This document shows positions 1 through 9,413 of a stretch of DNA of 64,000 bases, piece after piece (position 1 is the first letter of the stretch; each line of letters opens with the position of its first letter). The DNA is taken from assembly GCA_963675665.1 (NCBI GenBank), contig OY776510.1, forward strand, positions 4,960,001 through 5,024,000, in the 5' to 3' direction. The position numbers were made by a program, and so were the translations under genes. The DNA comes from Spirochaetia bacterium. Its GTDB lineage: Bacteria > Spirochaetota > Spirochaetia > UBA9216. The notes beneath the pieces were generated by a model. That model was given only the letters and a program-made list of their open reading frames with translations. It was not told where the DNA came from and searched no databases.

Positions 1-70
1 ACTTGTGATAATCAAGTTAATTTTCACGATTTATCTTGTTTTTTATCACTATATGTGGTATTTTTTTCAT

Positions 71-967
71 ATGGATTTCGAATCAGGTATCAGCAGACAG
101 TTAAAACGGCTAAGAAAGCAGAGAAACCTTACTCAGAACGAGCTTGCAGATATAATCGGCATCGGACAGACGGCTATTGCAAACTATGAAAACGGAAAGA
201 GATTTCCTGATGAAAAGAACCTGGTGAAAATTGCAGATTACTTTGAAACCTCGATAGACAGGCTGATCGGCCGTAATTTCAGGCCTTCCGAACCTATCAT
301 CAAAAAACAATCCGGGTTCAACTACACTCCTTCCGGCCTGGAAGAGAAAGCCGGTGAGTATTTAACCAAGTCTCTGCAATCAGGCAGCAAGGGTATCGAT
401 TTGATATTGGAGCTTCTAAACCGGGGATATACTGAAGAGCAGATTATGCTTGATCTTCTTGAGGCATCTCTCCAGAAAACAGGGGACCTATGGGCGGAAG
501 GCCAATATAACGAGGCTATGGAACATCAGATCAGCAGCGCCGTAATTCAATCAATCATGATGTTGCAGACATATTTTAAAACCGGGCCGGGGTCAAGAGG
601 CAGCCTGGTTGCTTTAACGGCAGCCGGCGAACAGCATAATATCGGTTTGAGAATGATAGCCAGATTTCTTGAGATAGACGGCTGGCAAAGCTACTTTTTA
701 GGCTCTTCCGTTCCGGCCAGATCACTTAAGGAGTTCATAAAAACCAATAAAATAAATCTTGTCTTGATATCGGTAACACTCAATGAAAATGCGGATTCCG
801 CGTGCTCGCTTATTAAAGCAGCCAAATCATGCATTAAACCGCCCGTTGTTATAGCAGGCGGAAGCGCCTCGATTCGCAATTCAGAACAACTCCTTGATGC
901 AGGAGCAGATTATCAGGAAATAAATGCCGTTAAAATAGTTGAGTATTCAAGGAATATAAAGACCTGA
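71..967 (+). CDS. XRE-family HTH regulator fused to cobalamin (B12)-binding domains (CarH/AerR-type)
   Basis: N-terminal HTH_3 pattern (LKRLRKQRNLTQNELA...IANYENGKRFP); W-x9-EH (WAEGQYNEAMEH); ExHxxG (EQHNIG); LGxxVP, SVT and GG Rossmann motifs. Start moved to ATG71, which follows a -10 box. Confidence 0.85.
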   Translation: MDFESGISRQLKRLRKQRNLTQNELADIIGIGQTAIANYENGKRFPDEKNLVKIADYFETSIDRLIGRNFRPSEPIIKKQSGFNYTPSGLEEKAGEYLTKSLQSGSKGIDLILELLNRGYTEEQIMLDLLEASLQKTGDLWAEGQYNEAMEHQISSAVIQSIMMLQTYFKTGPGSRGSLVALTAAGEQHNIGLRMIARFLEIDGWQSYFLGSSVPARSLKEFIKTNKINLVLISVTLNENADSACSLIKAAKSCIKPPVVIAGGSASIRNSEQLLDAGADYQEINAVKIVEYSRNIKT

Positions 968-1034
968 TATTGAAATCCTGTAAATAAGTTTCTATGATAT
1001 AAACAGCCATGTTTATTATCAGCGGAGGTCACTG

Positions 1035-2927
1035 TTGGGAGAAAGTTATTTTGGCGGAAATATGCTGAGGATAAAAATATCTGCAGCTGCAGGTCTTATT
1101 CCTCTTGTGCTTTTTACCCTGAATCAGTTTATTCTTCAAATATTCAATACAGCCCATCAGGAACTTTCGTTACGGATAAGTTACGCAGTGCAGCCTACAA
1201 TTTACCTGCTGTATCTTGTTGCGGCCGTGATAATTGTATTTGTTATTATGAGGCAACTTTCCCCGTTGTTCAGTTATTTCAATAATGGGAACGGCTATGA
1301 AAAAGCCAGAAAATCAACACTGAAAATTCCCTGGATTCTTATCCTTGTGAATTCGGGACTGTGGATCATGGCAATAACACTGTTCTACGGACTTCAGGGT
1401 TTTAACTCAAAAGGCGGAGTTCCTTATTTCTGGAGCCTGACGACAAACAGTATCTCGGGAGCGTTAAGCGCGGTGCTCGCAGCGCTTGTTATTAACAGGA
1501 TGCTTATTCCGGCAAAGATCAGGCTTGCAATGACGGATATAAAAGAGGGTGAATATGATCTTTTTATAAGATTAAAAATACCCATTGTGTTTGTAACAGG
1601 TTTTATTTATACGATATTGAGCCTTATTTATGCCGCCAGGTTTTTCAGTTTTGCAGCGGCCGGCCTAATTCCGCCGCTTCCCGTAGGTTTTGACACGGCG
1701 ATAATAATCACAGCCCTTGTCGGAGCCGTTCCGGTCACTCTTAACATGATCCTGGCTGTAACTGAAGACAGGATTCAGCATAAATTTCTGTTGAAAAAGA
1801 TGAAGGTTCTGACCAGCGGCAACGGAGATCTGGGGAACAAGGTCTCGCTCATAAACTTCGATCAAACCGGCGCGCTTGCTGCAATAATCAACTCATTTAT
1901 AGAGAAAATACGAAGCCTGATTGTCAAAGCCGACAATACAGGAAGGCTTATAGTAAGCACTTCAAACGATATCAATAATCTCCTGACGGAACTGAACAAT
2001 GCCGCAAGAATAATGCTTGAGGCCATTAATTCGGTTGACAACAACATGAATGCGCAGGAAGGTGAAATAAACCGGGCCCGGAATTCTCTGTCTGCTTATT
2101 TTAATGCATTGGCAGATCTCACCGATAATATCAATTCCCAGTCGGAATCGGTAGAACAGACATTTAAAGCGACTGAATCTATCGCCGAATCAATTCGCAG
2201 TGAAACAGTCATGGTAAAAACGGTTGAAAAACAGACGGGAGAATTAAACGGAATCACATCAGGCGGTAACGCCCATATCACAGATTTTATCGAGGCGGTT
2301 AAAGCTGTTGAAAGGTCGTCACAGGTTGTAGAAGAGATTCTCGGGCATATGAAATCCCTCAGCGAACAAATCGACATACTCGCCATGAATGCGGCAATCG
2401 AGGCAGCCCATGCCGGGGAAGCAGGAAAAGGTTTTGCAATTGTAGCCGACGAAGTCCGGCGGCTGTCGGAAAACAACTCCGAACAGTCAAATCAGATTGC
2501 GGCCCAGATGAATATAATGCTGTCGGCAATAAAAGAAGGCAACAGTAAAACAGATCTTGCCCGCAATGCATTTCAGGACATCAATAATAACGTAGAGAAA
2601 ACATCAAACCACTTCAAAGCAATGCTTGAAAGCAGTATAAAGGAAGAGAGCGCTGTTGAAGAACTTATGACGACGGTCAGAAACCTTGTTCATATAACGA
2701 AAGCACTTGAGACAATAGCCGATGCACAAAAAAAGCATAATGAAGATATGAAAACGCTGATTGAGCAGGTTTTTAACAGATTCGGAGGGATTAAGCACTC
2801 GATGAATGAGCAGCGTGAACACAGAAACGTGGTAAGTGATAACCTGGAGCAGATGAAATTAATCACTGCAAAAAATCTCACGGCTGTACAGGAACTGAAT
2901 GAGATACTAGCACAATTCACTCTATGA
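1035..2927 (+). CDS. Methyl-accepting chemotaxis protein with multi-TM N-terminal region
   Basis: MCP hairpin tip LAMNAAIEAAHAGEAGKGFAIVADEVRRL; about 6 hydrophobic segments; GGAGG at 1024 before TTG. Confidence 0.93.
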   Translation: MGESYFGGNMLRIKISAAAGLIPLVLFTLNQFILQIFNTAHQELSLRISYAVQPTIYLLYLVAAVIIVFVIMRQLSPLFSYFNNGNGYEKARKSTLKIPWILILVNSGLWIMAITLFYGLQGFNSKGGVPYFWSLTTNSISGALSAVLAALVINRMLIPAKIRLAMTDIKEGEYDLFIRLKIPIVFVTGFIYTILSLIYAARFFSFAAAGLIPPLPVGFDTAIIITALVGAVPVTLNMILAVTEDRIQHKFLLKKMKVLTSGNGDLGNKVSLINFDQTGALAAIINSFIEKIRSLIVKADNTGRLIVSTSNDINNLLTELNNAARIMLEAINSVDNNMNAQEGEINRARNSLSAYFNALADLTDNINSQSESVEQTFKATESIAESIRSETVMVKTVEKQTGELNGITSGGNAHITDFIEAVKAVERSSQVVEEILGHMKSLSEQIDILAMNAAIEAAHAGEAGKGFAIVADEVRRLSENNSEQSNQIAAQMNIMLSAIKEGNSKTDLARNAFQDINNNVEKTSNHFKAMLESSIKEESAVEELMTTVRNLVHITKALETIADAQKKHNEDMKTLIEQVFNRFGGIKHSMNEQREHRNVVSDNLEQMKLITAKNLTAVQELNEILAQFTL

Positions 2928-2939
2928 AGGACAATTTGA

Positions 2940-3560
2940 ATGACGGATGATCAAATAAAAAAGTTGTTCCACGATTTAAAAAACGATCTTGCTGCAATGA
3001 CGGCGCTTCCGAACCTGCACCGGATTTACAAAAACAATATTACATCGGAGGATATGCTTGATCGTCTCACTGAAAGACAACTTGTAATTTCAACAGCATA
3101 TGAAAAACTTTACCAGGGCGGAGATTTTGAATATCTGAATCTTCCTGAATTTATAGACTCTCTTTTATCAAAACAGAACAGATTTTTTTTATCGCATCAT
3201 ACCGGGGTAAAATTGTACAAATCGGTGGCATCTATAAAACTGCCTGTAAAAAAAGCCATAGCGCTCTGCCAGATCCTGACTGAATTGCTGTCCAACTCAT
3301 ACCGTCATGCTTTCGTAAATTCCGAAGGTGAAAAAACCATTAAACTGGATATTTCTTCAGGAAATGACGGAAAACTGAACCTGAAATACAGTGATAACGG
3401 GTGCGGTTTTTCTGAAGATTTTGAACCGGTAAAAGCACGGTCCCTGGGAATGCAGTTTATAATTTCACTGGCAAAACAGCTTGGGGCTAATATAGCGTTC
3501 AACACCGATACACTGACGCAGGGAATTGAGTTTTCTCTGGAATTGGATATGAATAATTGA
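2940..3560 (+). CDS. Sensorless HisKA_2/HATPase_c histidine kinase
   Basis: H-box FHDLKNDL, N-box ELLSNSYRHAF, G1 DNGCGF, G2 SLGM. Confidence 0.8.
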   Translation: MTDDQIKKLFHDLKNDLAAMTALPNLHRIYKNNITSEDMLDRLTERQLVISTAYEKLYQGGDFEYLNLPEFIDSLLSKQNRFFLSHHTGVKLYKSVASIKLPVKKAIALCQILTELLSNSYRHAFVNSEGEKTIKLDISSGNDGKLNLKYSDNGCGFSEDFEPVKARSLGMQFIISLAKQLGANIAFNTDTLTQGIEFSLELDMNN

Positions 3561-3631
3561 TCACGGCGGGATTCGAACCCACGGCCTCCTCCTCCGGAGG
3601 GAGGCGCTCTATCCAGCTGAGCTACGTGACC
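3558..3631 (-). tRNA. tRNA-Arg (CCG), no encoded CCA
   Basis: Minus strand GGTCACGTAGCTCAGCTGGATAGAGCGCCTCCCTCCGGAGGAGGAGGCCGTGGGTTCGAATCCCGCCGTGATCA; canonical D arm, anticodon stem CCTCC/GGAGG with CCG, T-loop GTTCGAATC. Confidence 0.97.
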
Positions 3632-3649
3632 AAACAGAATAGTTTATAA

Positions 3650-3678
3650 AACATACTCCCGCAAAACAAAGTTGTCAA
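3650..3678 (-). promoter_or_regulatory. Sigma70 promoter of tRNA-Arg
   Basis: TTGACA(3678-3673)-N17-TATGTT(3655-3650) about 20 nt upstream of the tRNA. Confidence 0.7.
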
Positions 3679-3709
3679 CAGGTGCCGCAACAGAACCGGC
3701 AGGCTCTGC

Positions 3710-3932
3710 GTTTCCATAATTTTCACAGTCATAATTCGGAATGAAACCGGTAAGGATCTCTTATAAACCGGGCAAGTGTGCAGCCCATGTTATGACTGAT
3801 AACATATGGCGCTGCCGGGGGCCCTGACGGCGGCGAAAAACATCTGTGTCTTCACAGCAGTTTTTCGCCGACATCGGGGTCAGCGGGTACTGTGTTTCCA
3901 TAATTTTCACAGTCATAATTCGGAATGGAAAC
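3710..3932. repeat. Two 34-bp exact direct repeats enclosing two stem-loops
   Basis: GTTTCCATAATTTTCACAGTCATAATTCGGAATG at 3710-3743 and 3894-3927; hairpins at 3781-3814 and 3831-3870. Confidence 0.85.
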
Positions 3933-3953
3933 AAATCTGCCGATATTAATGAC

Positions 3954-4514
3954 ATGAAAATTAAATACAACGCACCATTATCACTAACCTTTGCAATAAT
4001 AGCTTCTCTTCTTGTGCTTATAGATCAAATCAGCGGGGCACACCTGATTCCGACTTACTTTATGGTTCCGGGACGGGGAATGTTCAATACAGGAGATCCT
4101 CTCGACTGGATGACACTTTTTACCCATACCCTCGGCCACTCCAGTTGGAACCACCTGCTCAGCAATATGGCGCTTCTGTTGCTTCTTGGGCCCATACTCG
4201 AAGAAAAATACGGCTCGGTTACGCTTTTTGTGATGGTCTTTATTACCGCCATAGCAACAGGACTTCTGAACGCTTTTTTATTTCCGACAGCGCTGCTCGG
4301 TGCAAGCGGAATTGTTTTCATGATGATTCTGCTTACATCGTTTACAAACAACCGCAACGGAGAGATTCCGTTAAGCTTCATCATGATTCTGATACTTTAC
4401 CTGGCTGCCGAGATAGTAAATGCTTTCAGCTACGACGATATATCCCAGTTTGCACATATTGCAGGCGGTGTCTGCGGGAGTCTTTTTGGATTTCTGCGCC
4501 CGAGAAAGAGATAG
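3954..4514 (+). CDS. Rhomboid-family intramembrane serine protease
   Basis: H..HLLSN, GASG catalytic Ser motif, HIAGG catalytic His; multiple TM helices; start taken at ATG3954. Confidence 0.9.
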   Translation: MKIKYNAPLSLTFAIIASLLVLIDQISGAHLIPTYFMVPGRGMFNTGDPLDWMTLFTHTLGHSSWNHLLSNMALLLLLGPILEEKYGSVTLFVMVFITAIATGLLNAFLFPTALLGASGIVFMMILLTSFTNNRNGEIPLSFIMILILYLAAEIVNAFSYDDISQFAHIAGGVCGSLFGFLRPRKR

Positions 4515-4559
4515 ATTTGCAAAGTTGAATATCTTGCTCTTTTCTGCTACTCTGTCGAA

Positions 4560-5627
4560 ATGATAGAGAAACTTGAAGAAATAGAAGCACGCTTTAACAA
4601 ACTCGAAACCCTGATAAGCGATCCCGATATAATGAAGGACATGAAACGCTACAAGGAGGTCGCACAGGAGCATTCGCATCTGGTTGATGTTGTAGCCGAA
4701 ATAAGGAATTACAAGAGGATAGCCGCCGAAATTGAAGACGCCAGGCTCATGATTGAAAACGAAACAGATTCAGACATGAAAGAGATGGCGCATGACGAAC
4801 TTAAAGGGCTGGAAAATTCCTTCAGGAAAAGCGAGTCCAACCTTAAAACGCTGCTTATACCAAAAGATCCGATGGACAGTAAAAATATAATCATGGAAAT
4901 CAGGGCGGGTACCGGAGGAGACGAAGCCGCTCTTTTCGCATCGGATCTTTTCCGAATGTACTCCAGGCTGGCCGAAGCCCGGAAATGGAAGGTAGAAATC
5001 ATGTCGAGCAATGAAATCAACCTCGGCGGCTTCAAGGAAATTGCGTTCTCTATCAGCGGTAAAAGTGTTTACGGAGATCTCAAATACGAAAGCGGTGTAC
5101 ATCGTGTGCAGAGAGTTCCGGCAACAGAGTCAGGCGGCAGGGTGCATACCTCGGCAGTAACCGTTGCGGTCCTTCCTGAAGCTGAAGATACCGATATCGA
5201 AATCAAGCAGGAAGAACTGAAAATTGATGTTTACCGATCTTCAGGCCCCGGCGGGCAGAGCGTTAACACAACCGATTCGGCAGTGCGGATAACACACATC
5301 CCTACCGGAGTTGTTGTAACCTGCCAGGATGAAAAATCCCAGATAAAGAACAAAGCCAAGGCGCTTAGAGTATTGAGAGCAAGGCTGTTTGAGGCTGAAG
5401 AAGCCCGTAAGGCGAAAGAGCGGGCCGATGAACGAAAAAGTCAGGTCGGCTCAGGCGATCGTTCCGAAAGGATACGGACCTATAATTTCCCCCAGAACCG
5501 TCTGACGGACCACCGGATAAACCTTACGCTGTATAAGCTGGAATCGGTTATGGCCGGAAGTCTTGATGAAGTTATCGAAGCTCTGAAACTCAGCGACAGG
5601 GAAGAATACCTTAAGGCCAACCAGTAG
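4560..5627 (+). CDS. prfA: Peptide chain release factor 1
   Basis: GGQ motif (SGPGGQSVN), EIRAGTGG, PAT specificity tripeptide (RVPATE), RTYNFPQ. Confidence 0.98.
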   Translation: MIEKLEEIEARFNKLETLISDPDIMKDMKRYKEVAQEHSHLVDVVAEIRNYKRIAAEIEDARLMIENETDSDMKEMAHDELKGLENSFRKSESNLKTLLIPKDPMDSKNIIMEIRAGTGGDEAALFASDLFRMYSRLAEARKWKVEIMSSNEINLGGFKEIAFSISGKSVYGDLKYESGVHRVQRVPATESGGRVHTSAVTVAVLPEAEDTDIEIKQEELKIDVYRSSGPGGQSVNTTDSAVRITHIPTGVVVTCQDEKSQIKNKAKALRVLRARLFEAEEARKAKERADERKSQVGSGDRSERIRTYNFPQNRLTDHRINLTLYKLESVMAGSLDEVIEALKLSDREEYLKANQ

Positions 5628-5636
5628 AAAACCATA

Positions 5637-6500
5637 ATGACTTACAGACAGGCAATGACTGAGGCTGCAGACAGACTTCGGTCGGCCGAAATAAGATTCT
5701 GCGAAACTCCCCTTCTTGATGCCTCCGTTCTTCTTGCATTTGCAGCAGGAAAAACACGTGAAAATTTATTTGCTTCTTATCCGGATGAAATACCTGCTGA
5801 AATCCTTAAACAATTCAACAGCCTGCTGGCCAAACGGCTTGAGGGCATGCCGGTCTCCTATATCCGTAATATAAAAGAATTCTTTGGACGGGATTTTTAT
5901 GTTGATGAATCAGTACTGGTTCCCAGACCCGACACCGAAATTCTAGTCGAGAAGGCTATTGAACTTATTGACGCAAATAATACCGAAAAGGTTCTCGACC
6001 TGTGCACAGGTAGCGGGTGTATAGCAGTATCGCTCAAGCTCGAACGAAGTATTATTGATATAACCGCATCTGATATTTCAGCAGAAGCGTTGAAAACAGC
6101 AAAACTTAATGCTGAAAATCACGGAGCAGATGTAGAATTTACCCAAAGCGATCTTTTTGAAAAGATAAACGGCCGTTTCGATATGATCGTCACAAATCCT
6201 CCATACCTGACATCTGCCGATACCGCTGAAATGCTCGGAACCGGCTGGCCGGAACCTGCAATTGCACTGAACGGCGGTGACGACGGACTGGATTTTATCA
6301 GGATAATAATCAATTCTTCACTGGATTATCTCAAAAATAATGGCTATCTTTTAATTGAGGCAGGCCCGAATCAGGCCGTGCCCATATCAAAACTTCTTGA
6401 TTCGGAAGGATTCGTTGATATCGGGATAACCAAAGACCTCGCGGGAAGAAACAGGGTAACAAGCGGCAGGATAAGTGGAACATACGATTACGAAATTTGA
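5637..6500 (+). CDS. prmC: Release factor glutamine methyltransferase
   Basis: VLVPRPDTE, DLCTGSGCI, NPPY; directly after prfA. Confidence 0.96.
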   Translation: MTYRQAMTEAADRLRSAEIRFCETPLLDASVLLAFAAGKTRENLFASYPDEIPAEILKQFNSLLAKRLEGMPVSYIRNIKEFFGRDFYVDESVLVPRPDTEILVEKAIELIDANNTEKVLDLCTGSGCIAVSLKLERSIIDITASDISAEALKTAKLNAENHGADVEFTQSDLFEKINGRFDMIVTNPPYLTSADTAEMLGTGWPEPAIALNGGDDGLDFIRIIINSSLDYLKNNGYLLIEAGPNQAVPISKLLDSEGFVDIGITKDLAGRNRVTSGRISGTYDYEI

Positions 6501-8475
6501 AAATAAATTAACCGCATACAGGCCGACCGAGAAAGCCAAAATTATGAAAGCGGCCCTCTGGGCGGAAAATAAACACGGCGATCAGAAACGTGCCAGCGGC
6601 GAACCTTTTTTCATCCACCCCCTCAAGGTTGCCGATTTTCTTGTGGAATTCGGAATGGACCATGAAACAATCATTGCCGCACTGCTTCATGACGTACTTG
6701 AAGATACCGGGACTTCCGAAAATGAAATGCGAAAGGATTTCGGCCGTAACATAGTTGCCCTTGTCGACGGCGTAACAAAAATTTCCATAGTCAAAGCGAA
6801 AAGCAAAAGCATTCAGGAAACTGAAACTATGCGTAAAATGCTTATCGCAATGACGAAAGATATAAGGGTAATAATAATAAAACTGGCCGACAAGCTGCAT
6901 AACATGCAGACGCTTCAGTATCTGCCTGAAAAAAAGCGTAAAAGCATAGCAAACGAATGCCTGGAAATATACGCGCCTCTTGCCGGACGACTTGGAATTT
7001 CGGGACTGAAAACGGATCTGGAAGATCTTGCCCTGAAACATCTTAAACCTGATGTATACAAGCAGCTTTCCGGAACCATACATCTTGCACAGCATGAAAA
7101 TGTCAATTACCTTCGAAAGGTAGAACGCACCATTCTGCGCGAAGCACATAATGAAGGCATACAGATTGAAGTAAGCACCCGGGCAAAGCATATTTATTCA
7201 GTTTACCGAAAAATGAAAAAACGCAAGAAAGCTGTCGATGAAATTAACGACCTTCTGGGCATCAGAATCCTCTGCAACACGCCCACAGAGTGCTATACAA
7301 TACTCGGTGTTGTCCATCGTCTTTGGCCCCCTATTGAAAACAGGTTCAAGGATTACATTGCAATGCCCAAATCGAACCAGTACCAGAGCCTTCACACAAC
7401 GGTAATGTGCTATGAAGGGCGCCGTCTTGAGGTCCAAATCAGGACCTACGCAATGCATTACACCGCGGAATACGGAGTAGCCGCCCACTGGATATATAAA
7501 AACACCCACAAGGGTGAAAAACTGAAACCGGAAGACCTGGCTATTATAAACAAGCTGAAACGTTGGAATGAACAGCATGTTCCCCAGGGCGAATTCTGGG
7601 AAGAAATAAAAAGCGAATTGCTTCGCGATTCAATTTATGTTTTTACCCCCAAGGGTCATATTGTTGAACTGGCAAAAGACTCAACCCCGGTAGACTTTGC
7701 ATATCATATCCACACAGAGATCGGCAACCACTGTATCGGCGCCAAAACAGACGGCTCAATTATTCCGCTGAACACGCCGCTGCGCAATACCCAGGTCGTT
7801 GAAGTAATGACTTCTCCCCGCGGAAAACCCAATATAAACTGGCTGAGGTTTGCAAAAACCTCAAAGGCAAAAAATAAAATCCGGCAGTGGATTAACAAGC
7901 ATAATGAAGACCTTATTATCGAAAAGAACATTATTGCCAAAAACAAGCCGGCGCCTCCTAGGGATCTTCCGGTTGCCGAAAAAAAACCTGCCGGAGATCC
8001 CGGTGAAGTAATTAAAAGGGTTATAGATTCCGCCCGGGTACGTTTCCGCATCGGCGATGAAAAAAACATGATGATCAGCCTTGCCCATTGCTGCAACCCT
8101 GTTACCGGCGACAATATTATCGGCTATGTATCGCGCGGACGCGGAATTATTGTTCACAAAAGAGACTGTCCGAATTTAAAGCATATAGAGGAATTCAAGG
8201 AGCGAAGCATTGAAGTTGAATGGGAGGCCGTATCTCCGACGGCATCACGCCGCTTTGAGGTGACTTCAAAACTGACGAATGATTTATTTTCTGAAATTGA
8301 AGGATCAATCCGCAAATTCGGAGGGCATCTTATTGAAGGAAAACTTGAGGAAACCGACAAGGGAAACCTCAAGGGCAGCTTTACAATGGAAATGAACCGA
8401 ACGATTGATTATAAACAGATTTTAAAGAGTATCCGAATGATTCCTTCAGTTCTCAACATCAGGCCTCTTTCCTGA
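6475..8475 (+). CDS. relA: Bifunctional (p)ppGpp synthetase/hydrolase (Rel/SpoT)
   Basis: HD hydrolase (LLHDVLEDT), RFKD synthetase motif, YQSLHT, TGS domain, CC..H..C zinc finger, ACT-like C-terminus. Confidence 0.95.
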   Translation: MEHTITKFENKLTAYRPTEKAKIMKAALWAENKHGDQKRASGEPFFIHPLKVADFLVEFGMDHETIIAALLHDVLEDTGTSENEMRKDFGRNIVALVDGVTKISIVKAKSKSIQETETMRKMLIAMTKDIRVIIIKLADKLHNMQTLQYLPEKKRKSIANECLEIYAPLAGRLGISGLKTDLEDLALKHLKPDVYKQLSGTIHLAQHENVNYLRKVERTILREAHNEGIQIEVSTRAKHIYSVYRKMKKRKKAVDEINDLLGIRILCNTPTECYTILGVVHRLWPPIENRFKDYIAMPKSNQYQSLHTTVMCYEGRRLEVQIRTYAMHYTAEYGVAAHWIYKNTHKGEKLKPEDLAIINKLKRWNEQHVPQGEFWEEIKSELLRDSIYVFTPKGHIVELAKDSTPVDFAYHIHTEIGNHCIGAKTDGSIIPLNTPLRNTQVVEVMTSPRGKPNINWLRFAKTSKAKNKIRQWINKHNEDLIIEKNIIAKNKPAPPRDLPVAEKKPAGDPGEVIKRVIDSARVRFRIGDEKNMMISLAHCCNPVTGDNIIGYVSRGRGIIVHKRDCPNLKHIEEFKERSIEVEWEAVSPTASRRFEVTSKLTNDLFSEIEGSIRKFGGHLIEGKLEETDKGNLKGSFTMEMNRTIDYKQILKSIRMIPSVLNIRPLS

Positions 8476-8590
8476 ATGGAGGAATGATAAAATTACATCC
8501 GTGTAATTTTATCATTTTGAAGTTTGAAAATTAAACTGCGTCACAGTTTAATTTTCAAACTTCACATCTTCCATCTGCCTTCCATGGCAG
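8476..8590. repeat. Intergenic multi-hairpin (REP/BIME-like) element
   Basis: Perfect 15-bp stem 8483-8516, perfect 21-bp stem 8518-8564, closing ATGGAGGA/TCTTCCAT, plus CTGCC-TTCCAT-GGCAG at 8575-8590. Confidence 0.8.
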
Positions 8591-8611
8591 GAAGTTTTTA
8601 TAGGAGATTTC

Positions 8612-9373
8612 ATGAAAGATTTATCGTTTATAAGAATTGTTCTTGAAAATCCCCAGTCAGGTAAAAACGTCGGTTCGGTTTGCCGTGCCATGAAGAACAT
8701 GGGGCTCAGCCGGCTTTATATTGCCGGAACGACTGAGGTTGATATGAAAAAAGCTTCCGTAACCGCAATTCATGCGGCGGATCTGCTTGAGAATGCTGTT
8801 TTCTGCGGCTCGGTTGAAGAGGCCCTCAAGGACACAACCGTTTCAGCCGCTGTTTCAAGACGCCGCGGGAAAAAGCGCAAGTATTTCAGTATGCTGCCCG
8901 AGGAGTTTGCCCGGCTGGCGCTCAGGTACTCAACCGGGCCCACCGACACCGTAATTCCCGGCAATAATACACACAGTGATGTCGCTGTAGTATTCGGCAA
9001 TGAAGTTTCAGGCCTGAACGACCATGATATGGCACTTTGCAACACAGCGGTGCGCATACCGTCTTCAGATGATTTTCCGTCGCTTAATTTATCACACGCG
9101 GTTCAGATTATAGCCTATGAAATTTACCGGGAAGCCCTGAAGGACGACAAGTATTGCGGTTACCGTCCGATAGGACGTGAAGAAATCGACGGCCTTACAG
9201 AAAATATTGCCGACAATCTCCGCCGGCTGGGCTTTTTTAAACAGGTGGACGATACCGACATGAGAACCTTTTTCCGGGATATATTCTCACGCGCGGCCTT
9301 GTCTGCGGGAGAAGCCAACCGGATAGGAAAAATATTCACAAAAATCAGGGGCCTGGCCTCACGCCGCGGCTGA
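8612..9373 (+). CDS. trmJ: TrmJ/LasT-family SPOUT tRNA methyltransferase
   Basis: NVGSVCRAMKNMG, VFGNEVSGL, SLNLSHAV. Confidence 0.88.
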   Translation: MKDLSFIRIVLENPQSGKNVGSVCRAMKNMGLSRLYIAGTTEVDMKKASVTAIHAADLLENAVFCGSVEEALKDTTVSAAVSRRRGKKRKYFSMLPEEFARLALRYSTGPTDTVIPGNNTHSDVAVVFGNEVSGLNDHDMALCNTAVRIPSSDDFPSLNLSHAVQIIAYEIYREALKDDKYCGYRPIGREEIDGLTENIADNLRRLGFFKQVDDTDMRTFFRDIFSRAALSAGEANRIGKIFTKIRGLASRRG

Positions 9374-9413
9374 GAACTCTTCTACATGGGCCTCATCAGA
9401 ACGCAAATGTTTA

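Noticed and set aside
3710-3932. CRISPR array
   Set aside because: Only two repeats, about 146 nt of structured sequence between them instead of a 30-45-nt spacer, and no cas genes in the window. Kept as an unexplained repeat.
3846-3953. N-terminal extension of the rhomboid protease
   Set aside because: It is read-through of the repeat/hairpin region; ATG3954 gives a typical compact rhomboid.
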